From an uncultured Gammaproteobacteria bacterium (GTDB lineage Bacteria; Patescibacteriota; Microgenomatia; UBA10105; UBA927): a stretch of 64,000 nt of DNA. The stretch's first letter is position 1, and each line of letters starts with the position of its first letter. Location: NCBI GenBank assembly GCA_964573695.1, contig CAZNKB010000006.1:8879-72878 (forward strand), read 5' to 3'. Positions 47,737 to 58,472 of the stretch are shown piece after piece. Both the position numbers and the translations under genes were made by a program. Under the pieces are notes generated by a model. It was given only the letters and a program-made list of their open reading frames with translations. It was not told the DNA's origin and made no database searches.

Positions 47737-48948
47737 ATGAGAATTCTATATCTTCAAACGTTTCCGTTTTGGGGAAGCGGCTCAGGCACATACGCACGAC
47801 ATTTGGCGAGCGAAGTGGGTCGTCGTCATAAAGTCGCCATTCTTGCTCCCGACACACGTCCCATTGAGCGAGCTAAGTTGTATTCTGTGGCACTTCCATT
47901 CCCGGTAGCCTTTACCGGGCATCCTGAGTGGCCCGATTGCAAGCTTTATACACAACTTAATAATGACGAAATATACCGGGTTTACAAGGTGCTGCTTGAG
48001 TCTGCGATAGCAGCAGTAGTCGATTTCCGGCCCGATATCATTCATGTTCACCACGCCTTCCCGTTTTCTTGGGCTGCGGCGTTTATCAAGGATTTTTATA
48101 ACATTCCGTACGTAGTGACGATTCATGGATCCGAACTGCCGTCCATGGAAAAAGAGAAACGGTTTATTAGGGCTACATATTATGCGATGTATCGTGCTAA
48201 ACAGATATTTCCGAATTCCGGATATACGAGAGACTGGTTTTTGAGAATTTTCAAGGGAGATTTTCATGAAAAAAGCCGAGTAATCCCCGGGGGTGTGAAC
48301 GTCGACAAATTCATCTATAGCGAGTCGGGCGCGAAATCCGTCGATAAGGAACTCAAGCTACATGGTAAGCCGGTCGTGGTATTTGCCGGAAAACTCACAA
48401 AATACAAAGGAGTAGAGTTCCTCGTCGGGGCGGCAAAAAATATCCATGGGGAAGTCGTCATATTGGGGGACGGTCCGGAAAAACAGCGCTTACAGGAAAA
48501 AGCGAGACAACTGAATTTAACAAATATTCATTGGGTGGGTCATTTGGGTGCAGGGATCAAAAAGCTCGTACCGTATTATTCCCGGGCGGACGTATTTGTA
48601 GCTCCCAGCGTGTGGGACGAGCCGTTGGGGCTCGTCATATTGGAAGCTATGGCATGTCAGACACCAGTTGTGGTTACCAGAAAAGGCGGAATTCCGCTTG
48701 CCGTCAAAGAAGGATATAACGGGCTGTTTGTCCGTGCGCGAAATAGTGCTGAGATCGTCGAGAAGGTCAATAAACTATTAGATAACGCGTCTTTTCGGTA
48801 TAAAATGGGCCAGAACGCACGTAAATCGGTAGAAGAAAAATTCTCCTGGGAAACGATTGCGCATAAATTCGAACTTTCGTATGCCAAATATGCCAAAAAA
48901 TCCAACGGATCGGCGTTTTCCGTGCAAGCACCGGCGGCAAAGAGCTGA
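47737..48948 (+). CDS. GT4 family glycosyltransferase
   Basis: 403 aa. MRILYLQTFPFWGSGSGTYARHL. C-terminal GHLGAGIKKLVPYYSRADVFVAPSVWDEPLGLVILEAMACQTPVVVTRKGG (E-x7-E). Confidence 0.8.
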   Translation: MRILYLQTFPFWGSGSGTYARHLASEVGRRHKVAILAPDTRPIERAKLYSVALPFPVAFTGHPEWPDCKLYTQLNNDEIYRVYKVLLESAIAAVVDFRPDIIHVHHAFPFSWAAAFIKDFYNIPYVVTIHGSELPSMEKEKRFIRATYYAMYRAKQIFPNSGYTRDWFLRIFKGDFHEKSRVIPGGVNVDKFIYSESGAKSVDKELKLHGKPVVVFAGKLTKYKGVEFLVGAAKNIHGEVVILGDGPEKQRLQEKARQLNLTNIHWVGHLGAGIKKLVPYYSRADVFVAPSVWDEPLGLVILEAMACQTPVVVTRKGGIPLAVKEGYNGLFVRARNSAEIVEKVNKLLDNASFRYKMGQNARKSVEEKFSWETIAHKFELSYAKYAKKSNGSAFSVQAPAAKS

Positions 48949-49013
48949 CGTAATATATCGTACATCCAAATACCACACAGACCGTTACAATAAGATTTCT
49001 CTATTATATTACT

Positions 49014-49247
49014 ATGCGTAAAACAACAACCGAAGTTACCGGGTATACCATGTATTATTCTGAGCCAGGTGAACTCGACAAGATTATGGCCCAGGGTCAC
49101 GAGTATGATATTTGTAAAATTGGCTGGACCGGTCCCAACACCGGGGCAAGGCGTGTCGCATTTACATCCGATGAATCAGGAAATCGGAGATTCGAGCGTA
49201 AAATGCGCGCACTCAAATTTGAAATTCAGGACGTATCCGCAGTCTGA
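49014..49247 (+). CDS. hypothetical small protein
   Basis: 77 aa ORF between GT4 genes. Confidence 0.3.
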   Translation: MRKTTTEVTGYTMYYSEPGELDKIMAQGHEYDICKIGWTGPNTGARRVAFTSDESGNRRFERKMRALKFEIQDVSAV

Positions 49248-49294
49248 TTTGTCTTTCAGGTGACTTCTTTTTCCGTTTGACATACACTGGTTGT

Positions 49295-50365
49295 ATGAGA
49301 ATCCTCATATTAGGTTCCGTTGCATTGCCTGTTCCTCCTCCCATGCAGGGAGGTACTGAGCGTATAGCCTATTGGCAGGCTTTGGGGCTTGCCAAGCGCG
49401 GACACCAAGTGACGCTTATCGCAGCGAAGGGATCGAAAAAGGATCCGTCCTACACGCTGGTTGAAATTGGCGGCGGCGATACGGTAACAGGGTCTTCGAC
49501 TCAGTCCACAGTTAACTTTACAGAAGGCTCGCGAGCCATGCGCAAGGAATTGGTGTACATGGCAAACGTTTCCCAGTGGATGTTGGATCACGGGAAAGAA
49601 TTTGATGTAATCCTCAATAACATGCGCGGCGGCGAATCCATGCTGCTTCCTATCGCCAAAAAATTAGGCGTGCAGTTTGCAACCGTGATGCATTTGCCGA
49701 TATTTGCGGAATTAGCCGATGAATTCCGTATATATAACACGCCCGTTATCACTATTAGCAATGCTCAGAAAGAAGGTTTTGACGGACTCAATTACATTGG
49801 CACTGTTTATAACGCTACCGATGTAGAAGAGTTACCATTCCAGGAAAAAGCCGGAGAGTATCTCCTCATGATGGGCAGTATCGCGCCGCATAAAAATCAA
49901 AAAGACGGAATTCTTGCTGCAAAAGCGGTGGGTCAAAAAATTATTCTGGCCGGTAAAATCGGGAATCAAACCTATTGGGAGAGTGAGGTGGCTCCGCTTG
50001 TGGACGGAACAACGGTGATACACAAAGGCGAAATGGGGATAGCGGAAAAGGCAGCTTTACTGGGTAACGCCCAAGCCTTGTTATTCCCGATTGTCTGGCC
50101 GGAACCGTTCGGACTCGTCATGATAGAGGCATTGGCGACGGGCACACCTGTGGTCGCGTACGGTAACGGCGCTGTTTCGGAGGTTGTTACGGACGGAAAA
50201 ACGGGCTTTATCGTCGATCAGTCACAAGGTGTTGGGGGGCTGGCCGTCGCTACCAAACGAGTTGGAGAAATCAATCGGGCCGATTGTCGTGCCGATGTGG
50301 AGAAGAGATTCACGATAGAAAAAATGATAGAAAGCCTCGAAGTAGCACTCCGGACCGTTGCGTAG
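49295..50365 (+). CDS. GT4 family glycosyltransferase (paralog 1 of 3)
   Basis: Start set to ATG 49295 (MRILILGSVALPVPPPMQGGTERI), which matches the paralog N-termini. The track start at 49277 is a TTG. C-terminal FPIVWPEPFGLVMIEALATGTPVVAYGNGAVSEVV. Confidence 0.8.
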   Translation: MRILILGSVALPVPPPMQGGTERIAYWQALGLAKRGHQVTLIAAKGSKKDPSYTLVEIGGGDTVTGSSTQSTVNFTEGSRAMRKELVYMANVSQWMLDHGKEFDVILNNMRGGESMLLPIAKKLGVQFATVMHLPIFAELADEFRIYNTPVITISNAQKEGFDGLNYIGTVYNATDVEELPFQEKAGEYLLMMGSIAPHKNQKDGILAAKAVGQKIILAGKIGNQTYWESEVAPLVDGTTVIHKGEMGIAEKAALLGNAQALLFPIVWPEPFGLVMIEALATGTPVVAYGNGAVSEVVTDGKTGFIVDQSQGVGGLAVATKRVGEINRADCRADVEKRFTIEKMIESLEVALRTVA

Positions 50366-50441
50366 GTGATTTTTGGTTTTCCTTGTTTGTCCCCTTTGTG
50401 GTACGATCGGGGCTCCGTTTAGAAGTGGGTATACGTAAGCT

Positions 50442-50660
50442 ATGCACGAACGAAAGCGTCTTCATTTGCTGACTGGCCTCATGCGCAGAGTGGAAGAGTT
50501 TGAGGAAGAAGCTGTGGACATTGAGGTATTTCTTGGTGGAGAGTGGAAAGCCCGGGTTATGGTGCTGCCGCGTTGGCAGATAGAGATTATGCAGCGACGC
50601 GGCGTATATCACATGACTGATGATGATAAAGAAGAAATTCAGGTCCGGTTAGCCTCGTAG
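50442..50660 (+). CDS. hypothetical small protein
   Basis: 72 aa ORF. Confidence 0.3.
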   Translation: MHERKRLHLLTGLMRRVEEFEEEAVDIEVFLGGEWKARVMVLPRWQIEIMQRRGVYHMTDDDKEEIQVRLAS

Positions 50661-50711
50661 TTAAGGTAAGCGCATTCATCAGTATCCAAATCTACATGGT
50701 ATGATGAATAT

Positions 50712-51752
50712 ATGAAGATTGCAGTTCTTGCCCCTCCGTATTTACCAGTGCCTCCGCCACTTTACGGCGGAACAGAAAAAATAGTCTCGCTTTTGACGGA
50801 AGGATTAGTCGACCAGGGCCATGATGTGACGTTGTTTGCAAGCGGAGATAGTGTCACCCACGCGAAGCTATCGAGTATGTTTCCCACCGCATTAGGTAAC
50901 AGCGGGCTTACCAAAGGAAATACGGATAAGCCATTGGCGCATTACCACGCGTGTTATGCTAGAGCTGACGAATTCGATGTCATTCACAGCCACGGCCAGT
51001 ATCTGAGTTTGCCGGAAGCTTCAACGATCAAAACACCTGTTGTATTTACTTGGCATGGATCATTTTATCCGGGAGAAACAACGGAGGAAAAGCGGGAGAT
51101 ACTCAAAAAATACAAACATCTTAATTATATTTCCATTTCCAACAATCAACGTGCTGGTTTAGCTGATCTTCATTATGTAGCGACGGTATATAACGCACTG
51201 GATATAGCGGAGTATCCGTTTATTCCTGCCCCGGGCGATTATCTCCTCTGGATCGGTAGGGTGAATCCCAAAAAAGGTGCTCTGGATGCCATACAGGCCG
51301 CGAAACGGCTGGGTATACGGCTGGAAATGGCCGCTGCTATCGATCCCATTGATCACCAGTATTTTGAAGAAACGATTAAACCACATATTGACGGCGAACG
51401 TGTCGTATTCCACGGAGAGATAGGACATAGTGCTCTCGTCGAATTATATGGAGGAGCGCTTGCCACGCTATATCCTATTTCCTGGCATGAACCGTTTGGA
51501 CTCGTTATGGCCGAGAGCATGTCGTGCGGGACTCCTGTGATTGCCTATAACGTGGGGTCGGTACCGGAAATAGTACGAGATAGATTGACAGGATTTGTTA
51601 TAGATCCGTCTTTGGGAGTTGAGGGACTTGTAGATGCGGTCAAAAAGCTAGATACCATAGATCGATCTCGCTGCAGGAAACACACCGAGGCATATTTTCA
51701 TAAAGACAGAATGGTCAGAGATTATGAAGCGGTCTATGAGGCGCTGCTATGA
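50712..51752 (+). CDS. GT4 family glycosyltransferase (paralog 2)
   Basis: 346 aa. MKIAVLAPPYLPVPPPLYGGTEKI. YPISWHEPFGLVMAESMSCGTPVIAYNVGSVPEIV. Confidence 0.8.
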   Translation: MKIAVLAPPYLPVPPPLYGGTEKIVSLLTEGLVDQGHDVTLFASGDSVTHAKLSSMFPTALGNSGLTKGNTDKPLAHYHACYARADEFDVIHSHGQYLSLPEASTIKTPVVFTWHGSFYPGETTEEKREILKKYKHLNYISISNNQRAGLADLHYVATVYNALDIAEYPFIPAPGDYLLWIGRVNPKKGALDAIQAAKRLGIRLEMAAAIDPIDHQYFEETIKPHIDGERVVFHGEIGHSALVELYGGALATLYPISWHEPFGLVMAESMSCGTPVIAYNVGSVPEIVRDRLTGFVIDPSLGVEGLVDAVKKLDTIDRSRCRKHTEAYFHKDRMVRDYEAVYEALL

Positions 51753-52867
51753 GAATCGGACTGTATATTTCACCTTCGCACCGAGTTCCTCCTGACGAAA
51801 AAAGCATCCTGGCTCCTTGGGTGTTGGTCCAACAACTGGCAGACGGCTTGGTCGCAAAGCATCACGATGTGACACTTTTTGCTGCCAAGGGAAGTAACAC
51901 ATCCGCCAAACTTATACACGGAGGGATAGACGCAACGATAAATCGGATTTCGGAGTATGGAGATCATGATGACTACCGGGCGTATGTCATTGCCCAGGAG
52001 CTTGCACTTATGCGCGAGGTCATCGTTTGGGCAAAAGAAGGAAAGCTTGATGTGGTGCATATACACCAACCGGTCGAGCGACTGTATCCTGCTCTTCTGG
52101 CTATGCCGGCTAAGGTGCCTGTTGTCATAACGTTTCATGATCCCATTAATCCCGAGAGGTTTGCAGCCCTCGAAAAGCTTATGGAATTGGGGAATATTCA
52201 TCTGGTTTCACTCTCCAAAGCCCAACAGCATCAGGTGCCATTCCCATTTGCCGGCGTTGTGCCAAACGGCGTAGATACGTCTCGATTTGTGCCCGACGGA
52301 CAGTTGCCGCTTCGTAAGCGCCCGCTACTTATCACCGGACGCATCGTGCCTCAAAAAGGATTCACGGATGCGATAGAAGCTGCTCGCGCCGTTCACATGC
52401 GCCTGATGATTGTCGGGCAGGAATACGAGCAACAGAAAGTGTCCCGCGAATATTTTGAGGGAGAGGTGAAGCCGGCAATAGACGGCAAAAACGTACTTTG
52501 GGAATCCGTCGTAAAACAGGAGCATCTTGTGGGGCATTATCAGACAGCAGCAGCGCTTCTTTTCCCCATACGCTGGGAGGAGCCATTCGGACTGGTTATG
52601 ATAGAGGCTATGGCAACCGGTACGCCCGTGATTGCCTATAATCGGGGATCCGTGCCGGAGATTATCATTGACGGCAAAACCGGGTTTATCGTTGACCCGA
52701 AAGAAGGAGTAAAGGGATTGGTCCAAGCCATTAAACGGATCGATGAGATTGATCGAATGGCCTGCCGTCGTCATGTCGAGCGTTATTTTTCTCTTGCCAC
52801 GATGATCGCGGGTTACGAAGCCGTGTACAAAAAAGTCAGTCGTACGGCAAAACTTCCTGTCAAGTAG
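51749..52867 (+). CDS. GT4 family glycosyltransferase (paralog 3)
   Basis: 372 aa. ATGA overlap with the upstream gene. FPIRWEEPFGLVMIEAMATGTPVIAYNRGSVPEII. Confidence 0.8.
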   Translation: MRIGLYISPSHRVPPDEKSILAPWVLVQQLADGLVAKHHDVTLFAAKGSNTSAKLIHGGIDATINRISEYGDHDDYRAYVIAQELALMREVIVWAKEGKLDVVHIHQPVERLYPALLAMPAKVPVVITFHDPINPERFAALEKLMELGNIHLVSLSKAQQHQVPFPFAGVVPNGVDTSRFVPDGQLPLRKRPLLITGRIVPQKGFTDAIEAARAVHMRLMIVGQEYEQQKVSREYFEGEVKPAIDGKNVLWESVVKQEHLVGHYQTAAALLFPIRWEEPFGLVMIEAMATGTPVIAYNRGSVPEIIIDGKTGFIVDPKEGVKGLVQAIKRIDEIDRMACRRHVERYFSLATMIAGYEAVYKKVSRTAKLPVK

Positions 52868-52907
52868 AGTACATACACGCTTCTATTCTCCGTGCTAAGA
52901 TAAATTC

Positions 52908-54338
52908 ATGCGGGTTTTATTTGTCACCAGTGAGATAGCCACGCTTTATAAGCGGGGGGGGTTGGCTGATGTAAGTTACGCATTGCCGGTATCTCTTTCC
53001 CAATTAGGGGTAAATGTCTCTGTTGCCATGCCATATTATGCCAGCGTAACGACGAAAGGTGTGACCTGTGTCGGGCAATTGGCGATTGATTATGATAGGC
53101 GGCGCGAATTGGTATTTGTGTTTCGGACGCTGCTACCACATTCTCATGTGCGTGCATATCTGTTCCGGCATCCGCTGCTTAATGACTATGATGATGCGCA
53201 CATTGCCGATCGGTTTGCCTTTTTTTCCAAGGCAGTAGCCCAGCTCTCGTTGTATTCGGAAGGTGTACTTGGGGGCCCGTATGACATTATTCACTGCAAC
53301 GACTGGCATACGGCATTGATCCCGATGCTTATCGGAGAGCAGAGTAAGGTAGGATATCGGGAACGGGAAACGATACAATCCCGAAGAGTCAAAACGATCC
53401 TCACCGTGCACAATCTGCTGTATCAGGGGGAGACGGGATTTTCGATTACGCTCAAGCTCGGGTTTCCTAAAACGATATTTCATCCCTTTATGACGCCGCT
53501 TGGTCGGGCAGTGCGACTACTCACCGAAGGATTTGAGTATGCCGATAAAGTGACAACCGTTTCCCCGACGTATGCCAAAGAAATAGCCCGCGGGGTCCAC
53601 GGCAAGCGCGTCGTCGAGGTGTTTAAACGCAGAAAAGACCGAATGATAGGGATACTCAATGGTCTTGATACCAAATTGTGGGATCCAAAAACGGATCCGT
53701 CGCTCCCTGTGCATTATGAAACAAGCTCAGTGGTGCAAGCCAAGCGCGCGATAAAAGAGCAACTACAGAAAGCCCTCCGTCTTCCTGTTTCCCCCGTGCC
53801 TTTGTTCGGATTTGTCGGCCGGTTAGAAAAACGTCAAAAAGGACTTGATCTTATTGCCCGAGTCATTGCAAAGCTTAAGGGAGAAGACTACCAGTTGGTG
53901 CTTTTGGGCACCGGGCAAAAAAAGCTTGTGACTCTGTTTGAAAAGCTTGCCAGTGAGAATGAACATATAGCTTTTGTCCATACGTTTGATGAACGGCTCG
54001 CGCGGCGGATCTATGCCGGAAGCGATGTTATGCTGGTTCCCTCGAAGTTTGAGCCGTGTGGCCTGACACAAATGATTGCCATGCGCTATGGAACATTGCC
54101 CTTGGTGCGTAACACCGGTGGGCTAGCTGATACGGTCAGCGACGGGGAGACCGGTTTCGTATTCGGACCATATACCAGCACCGCACTTGCTGCCAAGATG
54201 AAAGAAGCTATCTTACTTTATCGGGATAATCCGACCAAATTCACTCGAATGATGAAGCACGTTATGCGGGTGGATTTTTCCTGGGCCCACCAGGTTAAGG
54301 AATATATGCGGCTTTATCAGAAGCTTATTTCTTCCTAG
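52908..54338 (+). CDS. glgA: glycogen/starch synthase (GT5)
   Basis: 476 aa. MRVLFVTSEIATLYKRGGLADVSYALP (KxGGL), CNDWHTALIP, GILNGLDTKLWDP, LVPSKFEPCGLTQMIAMRYGTLPLVRNTGGLADTV. Confidence 0.85.
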   Translation: MRVLFVTSEIATLYKRGGLADVSYALPVSLSQLGVNVSVAMPYYASVTTKGVTCVGQLAIDYDRRRELVFVFRTLLPHSHVRAYLFRHPLLNDYDDAHIADRFAFFSKAVAQLSLYSEGVLGGPYDIIHCNDWHTALIPMLIGEQSKVGYRERETIQSRRVKTILTVHNLLYQGETGFSITLKLGFPKTIFHPFMTPLGRAVRLLTEGFEYADKVTTVSPTYAKEIARGVHGKRVVEVFKRRKDRMIGILNGLDTKLWDPKTDPSLPVHYETSSVVQAKRAIKEQLQKALRLPVSPVPLFGFVGRLEKRQKGLDLIARVIAKLKGEDYQLVLLGTGQKKLVTLFEKLASENEHIAFVHTFDERLARRIYAGSDVMLVPSKFEPCGLTQMIAMRYGTLPLVRNTGGLADTVSDGETGFVFGPYTSTALAAKMKEAILLYRDNPTKFTRMMKHVMRVDFSWAHQVKEYMRLYQKLISS

Positions 54339-54457
54339 CCGCTCGGCCTTGTGTAGGACAAAGAGATACTTTGTGGATTTTTACCAATATCTCCCAAAGT
54401 TTTTACAAGTATTTACAAGTAGTTACCAGTTTTATATAGGGCGTACTGACGCGACGT

Positions 54458-55456
54458 TTATGCTAATGTGTAATACACGCTCCGCCCCCTGCCGCTCGAG
54501 AGAAGGAATCCGAAGGAAACGAGTTTCGTAAGGTCGCGACTTGCGGTAATTTGTGAGATTCGGAATCGTTTTTGGACCTCGCGATTCGTGACTTTTGCTG
54601 ACGGTACATCAAGCAGCATAAGGATATGTTTTTGGCGCTCATTGAGTGACGCAAACGACTGTGTGTGCGTCGCTGTGCGGCCGGCTCGTTCCCGTATATC
54701 CTGAAGCAGGGTCATATATGCCTCGTGTGTTGCCCGGACAAAATATTCTAGCCAAACGGTCATCTGGCCAAGTGAACCAATACTTGTAAGCGCATGGGTA
54801 TAGGCATTGGGATCCCGGGTAAGGGCATATTCCAGATTGAGCATCCCTCGGCAGTCATACCCGTATTTGGCCATGATAAGGCTGCTTGTGAGGAGCGCCA
54901 TGCGCCGGTGCGACTGTTTCTGAATATCAGTATGTGCCGTCGCTGCGTGTGCTACGCCTGCGATAAGAAGCGGATGATCACCGGATTGCGTCTCTATATA
55001 TGCCACGAGTCGCTTAAGGTCGATAGCACTTTCGCGAATTGAGCGGGATATGCGGGAAAACGGAAGCGAAAGCGCGACGCTCATGAGTATTTCCAGGCTA
55101 GCAAGGGTGACAGGTTTGGAGCTCCCGGTCCATTCGTTGCGGATATACGTTAAAGCCTGGCGGTAAAGAAGGGCTTCCTGTTCCATGGGGTGGGGTCTTT
55201 TGGGCGTATTGGATAGCAATCTGTTGAGCTCGACGATCGTCATGGGGATATCGGCTAGCCGAAGGGCAGTCAGGATTCTTCCGGTCGTTGCCAGGTAGCG
55301 AAGTTCAATTTCTCTCCGGGGGGATAAAGGCCAAGAAAGGAGATGGCTGCGATACAGGTCTATATCTTTCGTTTGATTTTGAAGAAACGGCGAAAACGTG
55401 TATGCAATTGGTATTCCCATACAGCTCAAGGAGTAGTTACATTTGGATCGTATCAC
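54458..55456 (-). CDS. Fic-domain-like protein with a degenerate active-site motif and a C-terminal winged HTH
   Basis: 332 aa. GDHPLLIAGVAHAATAH...HRRMALLTSSLIMAKYGY sits where HPFx[DE]GNGR...RLL...GY is expected. C-terminal REVQKRFRISQITASRDLTKLVSFGFL. Assignment is tentative. Confidence 0.4.
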   Translation of the reverse strand: MIRSKCNYSLSCMGIPIAYTFSPFLQNQTKDIDLYRSHLLSWPLSPRREIELRYLATTGRILTALRLADIPMTIVELNRLLSNTPKRPHPMEQEALLYRQALTYIRNEWTGSSKPVTLASLEILMSVALSLPFSRISRSIRESAIDLKRLVAYIETQSGDHPLLIAGVAHAATAHTDIQKQSHRRMALLTSSLIMAKYGYDCRGMLNLEYALTRDPNAYTHALTSIGSLGQMTVWLEYFVRATHEAYMTLLQDIRERAGRTATHTQSFASLNERQKHILMLLDVPSAKVTNREVQKRFRISQITASRDLTKLVSFGFLLSSGRGRSVYYTLA

Positions 55457-55704
55457 GAGGTCTAGAAAAAATCAAAGTATATCTAAGCTTGTTAGTACGG
55501 GAAATATGCGTTTATGTGATAAGAGAACGATAAGATTATGATCTGGTTAGTCCGGTGCTTGACAAGGTGTGAAAAGCAGGCGTACAGTAGATATATAACT
55601 TACACATATTAGTAATAACTGTGAAAGTTATTGGTAAGCACTTGTAAAAACTTGGTTTAATTTCGCATTGGTACGGGCTAAAGGGTTTGGGAGCCTGCCT
55701 GGAC

Positions 55705-57636
55705 ATGCCCAAAACATATACTGTCAAAGAAGTCGCTGATATACTCGGGTTTAGCACGAATAGCATCTACACGTTCCTAAAAGAGAAGCGGATAAAAGGC
55801 GTGCGCGTCGGCAAAGGCCGGTTCCGTATCCCCGAAGAGGAATTAGCACGCATACTCCATATCAGTAAGAAGTCAGCCGCTACAACACCCGCCCCCGTGG
55901 AAGCCCCAGAAGGTGTATCTGCCCCAGTACTCAAGCCCGAAGGCGATGCTGCATTTATTACGTCTCAGAGCTCCTATGAGTCGGGGAAGGCAAATGATGT
56001 CCTTGTACCCAATATTTTTGATTGGTTTGTCGGCTTGGCGTCTCTGATTGCCGGAGTGGGATTATTTTTGTTTAATTCCTCGACCAATTCGCTTGAGGTT
56101 ACACGAACTACTTTGGTTTTTCCTGTTATTCGCGTGGTACTGATCGCCTGCGGATTTGGCGTCATACTAAGCAGTATTTTTGCACAAGGAAGGAATTGGC
56201 ATAGGGTTTTCCTCTATGCGCTTTCCATGCTGGGGTTTGTAAATGCATTCGGACTTGCCCGAAACGGGGATATGGAGGGAGCGTTTTTGTATGGCGGGTT
56301 AGCACTTATCATCGGCGTGACGAATGTCGTTCCCTTTGGGGGAATTGTCTCGATCGGATTGTATGTGACGCTTGTGGCGTTGTTGTATCCGGTGACTATA
56401 GTGTTTTTTCCTAGTGACACACACGTTCAGTTACTCTCTGGGGCACTTCACTTGTCGGCCCCGCTTATGGTCGTGGGGTCATTGATTGTCGGCATTGTGT
56501 TGCCGATTCTTTTTTGGGTGGGATATGCGAGCAATCGCAGGCTTTTCATCGCGACGACTGCTTTGTTGGGACTTGCGGATATGGTTGTCGCTGTTTGGTA
56601 TGCGCACCTGCAACTATGGAGCAGATCGTTTTTTATCATCGTACTCGGATACTTCACAGTGTTCTTACCGCATTGGTGGCCTTTGCAGCAAAAAATTGCA
56701 AGGCGCTACAAGCTTGTGCTGCACGGGTTGTTTTTGGTGATCGGAAGCATATTGGTCATAGCCGTGCTTGTTGTGTATTTGTTGCAGCAAAACCTTTGGA
56801 ACTCGCGGGAAAGTGAATTCGCGAATAAAATAAAAGTAGCGCAGTTGTCGCTAAACAGGGCGGTTGAGTCCGTGCAGGGTTCGCTCACTGTTGCGGCACA
56901 AAATCGTGAATTTACCGATACGTTGGTGAAGAAGGATCTGGAAAAACTGACCGTGTTTGCCAAAATTGTGTATGAGAGTAACCCCAATATCCGCCGGCTC
57001 GTATTTTTGGACAAAGAGGGTGATGGCGTCGCGCTTTATCCATACGGAACATTTGACCAGCCGAATTTATCTTACCGCGATTATTTTACCCAGGCCAAAT
57101 CAACAGGTCGCCCGTATGTCTCAAACGTATTTCAGTCCCAGGCAGATCATGCCGGTCGGTATGTGGTGGTTGTGGCAGTGCCGTTTCAGGATGCCAAGGG
57201 AGATTTTGCCGGAGTCATAACCGGCTCGATTGATTTGCGTCGCGTGGGACTCCAGCTCGCACAGATAGCCGCTGATACTCGCGGAGAGTATTTTGTCGTG
57301 ACCGATGCGAAAGGGGTTATTCTCATTCACCCGGATGAAAAACTTATCGGGACGGACGTCTCTTCCGGTGATCCGATGCTGCGGGGGTTATCGGGGGCTC
57401 CCGGGGTAAACCACGGAATTACTATTGACGCTTCTTACGGTATGGTCGCCTATGCTGATGTGCCGATACTTCGGTGGGTTATAAGCCTGCGGGTGCCGGC
57501 GGAAAACGTATTTGAACTCACCTATGTGAGCATCTGGTATGTCTATGGAACGGTGGTCGTTCTTCTGCTTATTGGTATCTATATTTTTTCCTACGCCAGA
57601 CTAAGAATGGGACAATCGAAAGAAGGCGGGACCTGA
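55705..57636 (+). CDS. Membrane one-component regulator: N-terminal excisionase/MerR-type HTH, polytopic membrane domain, periplasmic Cache-like sensor domain, C-terminal TM
   Basis: ATG at 55705 is preceded by a GGGAG SD; the track start at 55687 is a [53 protein letters not shown]. ~8 TM helices. A ~260 aa extracytoplasmic domain with Cache-like features ([20 protein letters not shown]...VVVVAVPF). Terminal TM. Its stop overlaps the next start (TGATGA). Confidence 0.65.
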   Translation: MPKTYTVKEVADILGFSTNSIYTFLKEKRIKGVRVGKGRFRIPEEELARILHISKKSAATTPAPVEAPEGVSAPVLKPEGDAAFITSQSSYESGKANDVLVPNIFDWFVGLASLIAGVGLFLFNSSTNSLEVTRTTLVFPVIRVVLIACGFGVILSSIFAQGRNWHRVFLYALSMLGFVNAFGLARNGDMEGAFLYGGLALIIGVTNVVPFGGIVSIGLYVTLVALLYPVTIVFFPSDTHVQLLSGALHLSAPLMVVGSLIVGIVLPILFWVGYASNRRLFIATTALLGLADMVVAVWYAHLQLWSRSFFIIVLGYFTVFLPHWWPLQQKIARRYKLVLHGLFLVIGSILVIAVLVVYLLQQNLWNSRESEFANKIKVAQLSLNRAVESVQGSLTVAAQNREFTDTLVKKDLEKLTVFAKIVYESNPNIRRLVFLDKEGDGVALYPYGTFDQPNLSYRDYFTQAKSTGRPYVSNVFQSQADHAGRYVVVVAVPFQDAKGDFAGVITGSIDLRRVGLQLAQIAADTRGEYFVVTDAKGVILIHPDEKLIGTDVSSGDPMLRGLSGAPGVNHGITIDASYGMVAYADVPILRWVISLRVPAENVFELTYVSIWYVYGTVVVLLLIGIYIFSYARLRMGQSKEGGT

Positions 57637-58403
57637 TGAACAAAACTTCCATAAGACCAGAGAAACAACAGAAATCCGCAGTCAGCGGATTTCTCGCTGT
57701 AAAGGGTTTTGGGCCATTCGGCCGATTGTCATTAATCGGCGGCTTTTCGCCGATCATGCCGTTTCTTTTTGCTGTCGTTATCGGAGGATTGGGATTTGTG
57801 TTATTTGAAGCGTTTCGTTTGAGTAGTACGGGTTTGGTAAAAAAGAGTCAGGATCAGATAGCATCACCAATCATTAACCGCTTGACGGAGAAGGTGATTT
57901 CGGAAAGCACATGGATACGTCCGTTTATCGTATTGGTCCAGCGAGCCGATGGATCGTTTGCGTATGCCTATGTAGAAAACGCCGTAGTAAAAAATGATGC
58001 GTTTGTCGGAGATGTGACCATTCGCTATACCAATGGTGAGCGCGGGATCGTGCATGACGAGAACGGATACTTCCGGTTTTTCCTGACAAAGCAGGGTAGC
58101 CAGGAATCGGTGAGAATTCTGGTGCCGATCATTACGGGTATCAGATTGCCCGACGATACAATCATCCTGGCGCAATTTTCTGACGGTACAATTATAGACG
58201 AACAGTTTGTGGGGCCGTTTTCGGCCCTCACTGTGCTTGAGAAATTGCAAATTACGGGAACCCGCTCGGCTCAGGGCGGATACATCACCATAACAGTTAA
58301 CCCGACGCTCAAGTCTGTTGATACAGGTGTGGCGCTCATAGAGCGTGAGATTTTGAAAATGGCCCTTTCTGCAATGGGTCACACAGACAGCGTGTTGGGG
58401 GTA
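57636..58403 (+). CDS. membrane-anchored hypothetical protein (N-terminal TM, ~200 aa extracytoplasmic domain)
   Basis: 255 aa ORF, verified codon by codon in frame 0 ([60 protein letters not shown]...). Not in the supplied track. Ends at TAA 58401-58403, in the same frame as the collagen-like ORF. Confidence 0.5.
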
Positions 58404-58472
58404 ACGACAGATACGCCGGGGATCGATAAACCTCTTAACTTGCCGATATTATCATCGAGCATTGGTACGAAT

